Positions 19,512 through 26,648 of a DNA stretch of 64,000 bases are shown piece by piece. This DNA is from Bdellovibrionales bacterium (lineage in GTDB: Bacteria > Bdellovibrionota > Bdellovibrionia > Bdellovibrionales > UBA1609), in the NCBI GenBank assembly GCA_050246815.1, contig JBFWVI010000010.1:2293-66292 (forward strand), given 5' to 3'. The translations under genes were made by a program, and so were the position numbers. The notes under the pieces are model-generated. The model worked only from the letters and a program-made list of their open reading frames with translations. It did not search any database and was not told the DNA's origin. How positions within the stretch are numbered: the first letter of the stretch is position 1; each line of letters starts with the position of its first letter.

Positions 19512-21131
19512 ATGAAAACCACAACCGTAAAACCCAACAAGATGTTGTTTGCAATCTTGTTCGCTGCACTGGCCTTTGACTTGGCCGGCCGCGTGCAAAA
19601 AAGCGATTTGGTGAATATGTCGGACTTGGCTTCAACCGCCAACGAAGAAGAATGCGCCAAGTTAATCAAAAAAGGCATCGAAGCCACACAAGAAGGCGGT
19701 TGCACTCTCAACTTCAAAGCCGCTACCAGTGAAGCTCGCGTTCGAAAAGTAAAAAAAGCGAAAGAAAGCAAAGAGAGTCTGGACTGGAGTGCGCCCAAAG
19801 CTGCTCCCTATACAGAGGCCGCAGTTGAGGCTGTGAAACTTGAAGTGTGCTCGGACAAAAAGAAATTCAAAACCAAAGATGCCGCTAAAAAGTGCGAAGA
19901 CAGCAACAAAAAACTGCAAAACGAATATGACACCAAGGTCGCGGCCCGCGCTGAACGCATCCGTGCAAAAAACGCGGCGGCCGCCCCTGTGGAAGAAGAC
20001 GTCTTCGAGATCGATGTTGAAACCATGGCCAGCGACTGTGAAGAGTGCCGCGAAAAAGAAACTGTGACCTTAGCCAAAACCGAATCGCCGACTTCGATCG
20101 CAAAAAAAATATTAAGCATCGCGGAAAAGCAAAATGGTGGCATGGCCAAACGTAAAGAGGCCGCACTCGCTCGTCAGAAAAAAGAAGAAGTCGATAAGAT
20201 CGCCGCTGAAAAATTGCAAAAAGATATCGAAAACTGCATCCGCGGTCCAGATGGCAAAGCTTTAAGCGCTTCGGATCAATTGACTTGCGATGCAGAAAAA
20301 CTCAATGTCGCCGACCGCGACGAAGCCGGCAAACGCTTTGCCAAAGTCCAATCGTCTTTGAAGCAAATGTTGCAATCGGGCAATGAAGAAGACCGCAAAA
20401 AAGCATTGCAGATTTCTGAAGAGATCGCCCGCAACAGAAGCCTGCCCCGAGATGTGCGCGAAACCGCGCAAGTGATGCGTGTGGCCGGCAAATATCAATC
20501 TCAAATCTTAAGCATCAGCGAAGCTTTGGCCAAAACGCCGGCCAACAGTCCGGTGCGCGCCTTTCACCTGCAGCGCCTGGCTGGTTTGAACAACCAAATG
20601 CAAATGGAATTCGGCAGTGCGATGAATATGTACGGCCAAGCGGCGATGTTCGGTCGCGGCGGCGGTGCATTTGATGAATTGAACGACTGGTATGGCACAT
20701 TGACCAACTCGATGGTTATGGCGATCTCGCACCCGCAATCTCTGTTAGACCAAAATGGCTTGTTTGGCCGTAGCCAAATCGGCTTGGACATCAATATGCA
20801 AAACCGTTGGTTGCGCGGCATTTCGGGTGACCCTTTGGTCAGCTCGCAAGCCGACTTCAACGGCCTATTGAATGGCACCAGCAGCGGCAACTTGTATGTG
20901 GATCAAGCTTTGCGCCAACAACAGCAAATCGTAAACGGCCTGCAACAAAACGGCATCCCCAATGGTCAACAAATTCCTGGCGTGCCGGGCACCGTCTTAC
21001 AAGGCAACGGCGCAAGCACCGTGCCGACTTCAAACGGCATCCGTGCTTCGACCGTCGGCGCAGGCGTGCCACAAACCAGCAGCGGCGTAGTCCCCTCAGC
21101 CGCAGGACGCACGGTCCGCACCGTGCACTAA
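19512..21131 (+). CDS. secreted Lys/Glu-rich coiled-coil protein with a Gln/Asn/Gly-rich C-terminus (hypothetical)
   Basis: AGGAGAG SD upstream of ATG 19512. Signal-like MKTTTVKPNKMLFAILFAALAFDLAG. No recognisable catalytic motif. Confidence 0.6.
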   Translation: MKTTTVKPNKMLFAILFAALAFDLAGRVQKSDLVNMSDLASTANEEECAKLIKKGIEATQEGGCTLNFKAATSEARVRKVKKAKESKESLDWSAPKAAPYTEAAVEAVKLEVCSDKKKFKTKDAAKKCEDSNKKLQNEYDTKVAARAERIRAKNAAAAPVEEDVFEIDVETMASDCEECREKETVTLAKTESPTSIAKKILSIAEKQNGGMAKRKEAALARQKKEEVDKIAAEKLQKDIENCIRGPDGKALSASDQLTCDAEKLNVADRDEAGKRFAKVQSSLKQMLQSGNEEDRKKALQISEEIARNRSLPRDVRETAQVMRVAGKYQSQILSISEALAKTPANSPVRAFHLQRLAGLNNQMQMEFGSAMNMYGQAAMFGRGGGAFDELNDWYGTLTNSMVMAISHPQSLLDQNGLFGRSQIGLDINMQNRWLRGISGDPLVSSQADFNGLLNGTSSGNLYVDQALRQQQQIVNGLQQNGIPNGQQIPGVPGTVLQGNGASTVPTSNGIRASTVGAGVPQTSSGVVPSAAGRTVRTVH

Positions 21132-21174
21132 ATTTGATTGGATTTAAAGCCCCCAACCCCAACGCTCCCCTTAA

Positions 21175-21212
21175 AGCGCCGATGGCCACCCCCCATCGGC
21201 GCTTGCCTTTTC
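21175..21212 (+). terminator. rho-independent terminator after the 19512..21131 gene
   Basis: 11-bp stem AGCGCCGATGG / CCATCGGCGCT with a 7-nt loop, followed by TGCCTTTTC. Confidence 0.75.
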
Positions 21213-21301
21213 AACGCACACCGCGAACGGCACTCTATAAAATATTGGGCTTTGGCACAGTTTTTCTATTGGTAACAGGCAGGAGAAAACCACAAAAATA
21301 T

Positions 21302-22192
21302 ATGAACTTTGATTGTATAGGAATTAAACGTCTGCTGCTCGTTATTTGGCTAATCTTAGCCGGGCACAAGAACGCCTGGGCTATCCCAATATGCGAGGGA
21401 ATACTTAAAGATGGCACTATGTGGGTGCAGAGCGTAGTGAAAAACGCCAACTCTTTAAAAGATGAAGGTCGCGATTTCGAATTAAAAATAAACAACTCTG
21501 TCGCGACGATCAAAGATTTAGAAATAGGGCACGCAGAAGTTATTAAAGTAGACCGAAAGTTAGGTGAGGGCGCCTTTTCATCATTGGTTGCTAAGGTTGA
21601 AACTGGCCAAGGAGTTAAAGCGCTTAAAATATATGAAGATACTAAACTTCAAGATATCGCGCCTACGTTTGTTATTCAGAATGCACTTGCTAAAAAACAT
21701 ATGGCACCCGCTATTACAGGCTTTCTTTCGGCAAATGAAGTCGCAATTTTGATTCAACGGAATCCACAAATGAAGAATATGCTTGAGGGCAGACCCGCTG
21801 GCTTCGGCATACTGATGGATTACGTAGAACCAAATATTGATCCACCAAGAGGGACTCCAGAATTAGAGGCTCAGATTTCAGAAATAGAGAGCGAAATGTC
21901 TCGCTTACGAGTCGTGCCTGCAATAGATTTGGATTTTGTAATCGACGAAAATAACAAATTGGTCTTAATTGATTTCGACTGCTACTATCATGTTGCACCA
22001 AACGGCACTGTGTTTGGTCTAAAGACATCACGCCAAAAAATGTCAATTAAATATCTTCTCAAAAATTCAGAATATCAATACAGGATAGATAATTTCGGAT
22101 TAGATAATTTAGATTGGTTTTACATTGATGGGACAGGTAATTACTCCGTTAGGCTTTCTAGAACACGTAAACAAATCGGTTTAAATCCGTAA
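21302..22192 (+). CDS. secreted protein with an atypical protein-kinase-like motif pattern (hypothetical)
   Basis: Signal peptide MNFDCIGIKRLLLVIWLILAGHKNAWA. Gly-loop-like LGEGAFSS, VAIK-like VKALKIY, hinge-like ILMDYVEP, and IDLDFVIDENNKLVLIDFD (catalytic loop plus DFG-like DFD). AT-rich coding sequence. The track start at 21134 would run through the upstream terminator. Confidence 0.45.
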   Translation: MNFDCIGIKRLLLVIWLILAGHKNAWAIPICEGILKDGTMWVQSVVKNANSLKDEGRDFELKINNSVATIKDLEIGHAEVIKVDRKLGEGAFSSLVAKVETGQGVKALKIYEDTKLQDIAPTFVIQNALAKKHMAPAITGFLSANEVAILIQRNPQMKNMLEGRPAGFGILMDYVEPNIDPPRGTPELEAQISEIESEMSRLRVVPAIDLDFVIDENNKLVLIDFDCYYHVAPNGTVFGLKTSRQKMSIKYLLKNSEYQYRIDNFGLDNLDWFYIDGTGNYSVRLSRTRKQIGLNP

Positions 22193-22220
22193 AGCGAACC
22201 TAAGCCCCTCCTCATACGCA

Positions 22221-22317
22221 GTTTCCGACTGGTGAAAATTGAGCGACTTCGCTGGCTTTATGCTGTTTTAAATCGAATTAGAACAGCAATGACCCCAGTT
22301 TTTCACCAGTCGGAAAC
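22221..22317. repeat. 97-nt nested hairpin element (18-bp perfect outer inverted repeat)
   Basis: GTTTCCGACTGGTGAAAA (22221-22238) is the exact reverse complement of TTTTCACCAGTCGGAAAC (22300-22317). The interior contains TGCTGTT-N14-AACAGCA and AGCG-ACTT-CGCT hairpins. Confidence 0.85.
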
Positions 22318-22510
22318 TTCGCCCGAAGGGGGAGATAAAAAAGGTGCTTTAAAATGACCACATCTCGACACGTTTGACCTGGTCAACAATGCTGTGTTGC
22401 CTCGGCTGTTAGTCGTCTATGAACCATTAGTATTGAGACCGCCTTCTCCAAACTCCATCGCTAAAACACGCGCGTACATTTTGGCATAAGAACTGAAATG
22501 TCTACTTTCT

Positions 22511-23500
22511 ATGAGAAACAATCACTTGTGGCTAGCTACCATTTTGAGCTGTGGCTTGGCACTGTCCAACACTTGGGCAGCTGACAAACCTAAAGCGCCA
22601 AGCGAATCTCCGAAGGAGCCGGTTGAAAAAACATGCGTGGACATTCTAAGCGAGGAATCTATAACCGCTGTTTCTGCGCAAGTAGAATATCTTTCTAGAG
22701 TAGCGAAGGTTTCTAGCTCCCAGGATGATTATCTGAAAAGTCTGCTCGAAGCTATGCCAGAGATGAAGTTTGCCAGCCTTTATATGATAGGTGAAGAGCA
22801 CGGCTACGATTATCCATATGACGTTTTGGTCTACGCCCTCACTGTGGCAAACCAGCGAATCGATACAGTTTTCCTTGAAGTCCATAATTCTTATAACGGC
22901 TATTTTGAGGCCTACGCAGAAGGTAAGATTAAATACGAAGACCATTTCCCGAGACTTATCGATCAGGATGGAAATCTTGGTCATTACATTACCGAAAAAT
23001 TTTTAAATGTGATGAAGATGTTGCGCATTCGTGTCATTGGAGTCGAGAATCCCAATACGGGCTCAAGTCATCAAAGCATTTTTAATTTAGGTAAGCGCAA
23101 TGAATATACGGCAAACGAAATTGGTAGAAAACTACAAAACCCTTATGAAGAGCCTAAAGTGTCATTCGACCGTTCTGGACCTCACAAATCAAAAGCCGCC
23201 GTTTATATCGGAGGTGCTGGGCATGTCATGTTCTCAGGCAAGATTATGGGAAGCGATCGATTTGAGACCATTCCGACAATCCTCGAGCGCAAAGGTTATT
23301 TTGTAAAAAAAATTTATGTCACTCACGCCAAGAGTACAGAGTGGCTTAAAAATTCAAATGCTCAAATTTCTTCATCCCAACCCATTATTATTAAGCCGAC
23401 TCGGCCGAGCCCTCTTCTTTTACCAACTCTCGATGAACTAGATCCCATCAGTTGGGACATTTTCAATTTGGCATTAGTATTTCCCGAAAAGGCTAAATGA
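22511..23500 (+). CDS. secreted EreA/ChaN/Tiki/TraB-superfamily-like protein (hypothetical)
   Basis: Signal peptide MRNNHLWLATILSCGLALSNTWA. GExH-type motif (YMIGEEHGY) and a distal GxGH motif (IGGAGHVMF) resemble the two signature motifs of that superfamily. AT-rich coding sequence. Confidence 0.45.
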   Translation: MRNNHLWLATILSCGLALSNTWAADKPKAPSESPKEPVEKTCVDILSEESITAVSAQVEYLSRVAKVSSSQDDYLKSLLEAMPEMKFASLYMIGEEHGYDYPYDVLVYALTVANQRIDTVFLEVHNSYNGYFEAYAEGKIKYEDHFPRLIDQDGNLGHYITEKFLNVMKMLRIRVIGVENPNTGSSHQSIFNLGKRNEYTANEIGRKLQNPYEEPKVSFDRSGPHKSKAAVYIGGAGHVMFSGKIMGSDRFETIPTILERKGYFVKKIYVTHAKSTEWLKNSNAQISSSQPIIIKPTRPSPLLLPTLDELDPISWDIFNLALVFPEKAK

Positions 23501-23722
23501 AATAGGAGCCAAAACCCTCTTTTAAGATCGAATCTTGCTCAACAAAGCAAAGACTTTTTGGTAACTAATTTTTCATGTGAAGCGCGGCCGGGCGTCTGAT
23601 ATTGCCGCAAACTTGAGCCAACCAGCGACAAATCCAGATTATCTTTATAATACAATTTTTCTTCGCGCGAAGAAATTAGAGAAAAGTGCCGCGCGGAAGC
23701 TACGTACAGAGCACCCAACCAA

Positions 23723-23854
23723 CTGGGTTTCTTTTTTGGAGCTGCATGGACTTGCCTCTCGCAGGACCTCCCCCAATCGTGACGCGTTCGCAGACGGCGG
23801 ACGCCGTCTGCGATGGGGGTGAAGGCAGGGGGCAGCTCCAAAAAAGAAACCCAG
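23723..23854. repeat. palindromic element: 23-bp perfect inverted repeats flanking an 86-bp structured core
   Basis: CTGGGTTTCTTTTTTGGAGCTGC (23723-23745) is the exact reverse complement of GCAGCTCCAAAAAAGAAACCCAG (23832-23854). The core holds a 10-bp hairpin GCAGACGGCG-GA-CGCCGTCTGC and imperfect CCCCCA(A)TCG / CGATGGGGG pairing. Confidence 0.9.
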
Positions 23855-23871
23855 GGGTGTTACCCCCTGGG
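23840..23871 (-). terminator. rho-independent terminator of the porin-like gene
   Basis: Stem CCCAGGGG / CCCCTGGG (23850-57 / 23864-71), followed on the minus strand by TTTCTTTTTT. It overlaps the right arm of the palindromic element. Confidence 0.75.
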
Positions 23872-23924
23872 CCTTGCCACCACCATCGCCAGCTGAATTC
23901 TAAGATGCCGTACGAGATGTAAAC

Positions 23925-25364
23925 CTAAAAGCTGATGGCGGCTTTACTTGTAATTCCATAAGCAAAGCTAGGTTCGTCGTTGTTGAAATCAAACGCCGAG
24001 CCCGGCATTAACATTCCGATTTCGTTGACCCACATCACACCTTTGCGGGGCATGTAGCTGAGGCCAAAATCAAGTTCGTAGCCAAGGTCGCCCCCAACAT
24101 CACCGACAGCTTGTGGGTCGGTGTTGAGCCAGCCGGTGACCAAACGGGTATTGATAGTGAATTTATCAGCCCATTTGTAATCGACCGATGGCGACACATA
24201 AATGGTGTTGCTGACCGCATCGACATCAGGCTTGTCGATGGCACCCGCACTGGGGCCACCGCCATGAAGTCCGGTACGCAAAACATCTTGGCGACCCAAG
24301 GGGCGGTTGAACAGCAACAAGCCCACTTGGTAGTTGCGATCAAACACATAACCTTCATAGCGCGAAGTGGTTTCGGGATCATCCCCCGTGGCCGTGCCGG
24401 CCTTTAAACCGTAAGACCACTTTGACGAGTCCGGGCGAAATTCGAACTCTGTGGCAATACCAAAACCGTTCATGGTGACCTTGTCACCACCAGCTGTGGC
24501 CGCGCCGATTTTGCCCGACAAAAACGAAGCCTCGATTCCCGCACGAAAGCGTTCAGTGTCTTTTAAGGCAAACACGCTGATTTCATTGTAATTGGTCGGC
24601 ACACGCGTGGCGCCCGCACCACCCAGGCTAGGATCTGCGCCCATCGGAGCATCGCTGCCCGCATCGCTTGATTTGCGAACGCGGTACATAATGCCCATAT
24701 CCAAATCGGTTTCGGCATTTTCATACTGCAATTGGATCATGTAATCGTTGACGTCTTCATTGGTATTGGGCGAGATCTCGGCCACCTTACCGTACATTGG
24801 TAAAATCGAGAGATTGCCCATCATGATTTTGTAACCAACCAAATCGCGAGTGTCGAACCAGTGGTCGAACAGGTTTTTGCCCGCGTTGTAGTTCATGCCC
24901 AAACCAAACTGAAGCGGAGCACGTCCGACCACCAAAGCGCCGTACTCATGCACCCAGCTCAAATAGAGTTGCGAAATCAGCATGGGGCTTGATTTTTGGT
25001 GTGAGCTTAAAGTGTTCGAATCGTCGGCCGAGGACGGGGACGCATCGCCCACTCCGTCGCCTAAATATTGACCGAGTTGTGAATCTTGGTAAGTGCTGTT
25101 CGTCAAAAGCTCAAATTGACCGAAAATCGTGATGCCATCACCGGCCACGATCTTTGGGCGAAGAGAAAGGTGATGCAGACCGTAGTTCAGCTCGCGACCA
25201 CGGCCATCGAGCTCGGAGTTTTTCACGTGGTTGCCTTCAACCGTGTAAACGCCTGACCATTCGAAATCCGCCGCCAGCCCTTTTAGGCTGAACAAAATAA
25301 ATCCTACAACGAGCAAAGTCTTTGAAAGACTTACGGTTTTCTTCATCTGCGAACAGGCTAGCAT
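23925..25364 (-). CDS. outer-membrane beta-barrel porin-like protein
   Basis: Signal peptide (...KTLLVVGFILFSLKGLAADFEW). Amphipathic beta-strand pattern rich in Gly/Tyr/Asn. C-terminal ...KAAISF (terminal Phe). ATG 25364 has a GGGAGGG SD; ATG 25346 is an alternative. Confidence 0.7.
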   Translation of the reverse strand: MLACSQMKKTVSLSKTLLVVGFILFSLKGLAADFEWSGVYTVEGNHVKNSELDGRGRELNYGLHHLSLRPKIVAGDGITIFGQFELLTNSTYQDSQLGQYLGDGVGDASPSSADDSNTLSSHQKSSPMLISQLYLSWVHEYGALVVGRAPLQFGLGMNYNAGKNLFDHWFDTRDLVGYKIMMGNLSILPMYGKVAEISPNTNEDVNDYMIQLQYENAETDLDMGIMYRVRKSSDAGSDAPMGADPSLGGAGATRVPTNYNEISVFALKDTERFRAGIEASFLSGKIGAATAGGDKVTMNGFGIATEFEFRPDSSKWSYGLKAGTATGDDPETTSRYEGYVFDRNYQVGLLLFNRPLGRQDVLRTGLHGGGPSAGAIDKPDVDAVSNTIYVSPSVDYKWADKFTINTRLVTGWLNTDPQAVGDVGGDLGYELDFGLSYMPRKGVMWVNEIGMLMPGSAFDFNNDEPSFAYGITSKAAISF

Positions 25365-25518
25365 CGCGACCCTCCCAGTCAATTAAAACACTAGATTGCC
25401 ATACGTTACAATAGGTCCACGGAGTCAGAGCCCTACCAAAGCCCTGAACTCAAGAACATCCAAACAGAATTATGCCCGTATTTTAAGCAAATGCTGCGGA
25501 CTGATTTTTTTTGCACGA

Positions 25519-26025
25519 TTATTCCACAATCCCGAGCAGGTCTGCTTCACGCAAGATGATCACATTTTGATCCTGCATTTTCATTTCGTTGCCCGTGAAA
25601 GCCGCAAACAAAACTTCATCGCCCACTTTGACATCCATGGGCTTAATGCGGCCCTTGGCATCGCGATGCCCGCGACCCACGGCCAAAACTTGGCCCCGAT
25701 TGGGCCGATCAGTGCTCACTGTAGCAGGAATGTAAAGCCCACCCGCAGTTTGTGTCACCGCCTGCTCAATCAACACGATCAAGCGATCATCCAGAGGTGT
25801 GATAAACGCATCCCACTTCATTGGCTTGCCATGAAACGATTTTTTTGCGGCGCTTTTTGAAGCAGTCTTAGACACCGCTTTCACAGCTTTGGCTTTTGTT
25901 TTGGCCTTTGCCACCACTTTTTTAATTTTTGTGGCCGGTTTAGCAACTGCCTTTTTGACTTTCGTCATTGGTTTTGACTTTTTCGCAGACTTTGTTTTGC
26001 TTTTCGTTTTTTTAGCTTGTGCCAC
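25519..26025 (-). CDS. groES: GroES (Cpn10)-domain co-chaperonin with a Lys/Ala-rich N-terminal extension
   Basis: The C-terminal ~95 aa align by eye to GroES (PLDDRLIVLIEQAVTQTAGGLYIPA...GQVLAVGRG...VKVGDEVLF...IILREADLLGIVE). The N-terminal ~70 aa are KKTKSKTKSAKKSK...KAKTKAKAVKAV. I prefer GTG 26025 with an AGGAGA SD 9 nt upstream; the track start is 26097. Confidence 0.8.
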   Translation of the reverse strand: MAQAKKTKSKTKSAKKSKPMTKVKKAVAKPATKIKKVVAKAKTKAKAVKAVSKTASKSAAKKSFHGKPMKWDAFITPLDDRLIVLIEQAVTQTAGGLYIPATVSTDRPNRGQVLAVGRGHRDAKGRIKPMDVKVGDEVLFAAFTGNEMKMQDQNVIILREADLLGIVE

Positions 26026-26287
26026 GGCGGACCATCTCCTCGTCGTAGTATTTTCCGTAGAGAACGTCCCATTCAGGACTTCCCTCAACGACTCCACGGC
26101 GCAGGGAAACTAACTTGTCGCGCACTTGCTTGTCAATTTCTTCACCCTCGGCCACGAACTTTGCCAAACCCTTTTTCGCCAAGCGCAAAGCGGTGTCATC
26201 GTCTGTGTAATCAACCAGATCGTCGTTCCAAATTCCGTCCACCAATAAACGCGCCAGATGAGATTGGCGATCCTCAGAAATCGTCAC
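26012..26287 (-). CDS. DUF507-family protein
   Basis: 91 aa. SHLARLLVDGIWNDDLVDY...EEIDKQVRDKLVSLRRGVVEGSPEWDVLYGKYYDEE matches my recollection of the DUF507 pattern. Confidence 0.65.
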   Translation of the reverse strand: MTISEDRQSHLARLLVDGIWNDDLVDYTDDDTALRLAKKGLAKFVAEGEEIDKQVRDKLVSLRRGVVEGSPEWDVLYGKYYDEEMVRRGTS

Positions 26288-26562
26288 AAAATAATCCCCT
26301 TTTCTTTGGCCAAACGTTTTTTGAGCAGGGGAAACATTTTGTACCGCTCAAACGTGCCTGGATTTTGCCGTTCCAGGTCGTCCATCATGCGCTGCACCTC
26401 TTGGTCCAAATTTGCCTCGCGCGTGTAATCACCCTTGATGATCTGCACGCCCCGCTCAAGGACCTCGTGGGTTGGGGCCTTATAGGTAATCACCTTGCCA
26501 GCCTCAAGTTCACGTAAAACCAAGTGAGTCAGTCGTTTGATTTGCCGGTCCGTTAATTTCAT
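26284..26562 (-). CDS. DUF507-family protein (paralog)
   Basis: 92 aa with the same architecture (IKRLTHLVLRELEAGKVI...ANLDQEVQRMMDDLERQNPGTFERYKMFPLLKKRL). 4-nt overlap with the next gene. Confidence 0.6.
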   Translation of the reverse strand: MKLTDRQIKRLTHLVLRELEAGKVITYKAPTHEVLERGVQIIKGDYTREANLDQEVQRMMDDLERQNPGTFERYKMFPLLKKRLAKEKGIIL

Positions 26563-26648
26563 GTGCTGACTAAATGACTGGGGCTCTCAGAAGTCAAGCG
26601 TCACGCGCTTTGACTTCGGGCTTTGCCACCCCGTATTCTTAAGCCCCG

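Noticed and set aside
21134-21301. Upstream extension of the kinase-like ORF to the track start at 21134
   Set aside because: The extension would be translated through the strong terminator hairpin of the preceding gene. It also lacks a signal peptide, whereas Met57 (21302) begins a canonical one.
22221-23854. The two post-gene inverted repeats as integron attC sites (an integrase-less cassette array)
   Set aside because: Neither element shows the RYYYAAC / GTTRRRY core sites, and the stems are perfect rather than bulged. The two share no similarity, and no intI is present. Running IntegronFinder or the attC covariance model is still worthwhile.
23539-23922. ORFs 23539..23841(-), 23577..23822(+) and 23686..23922(+) in the 425-bp gap
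   Set aside because: They run through the palindromic and terminator structures. They have no SD or start context and their composition is Arg/Pro/Ser-rich. The region is better explained as non-coding structured DNA.
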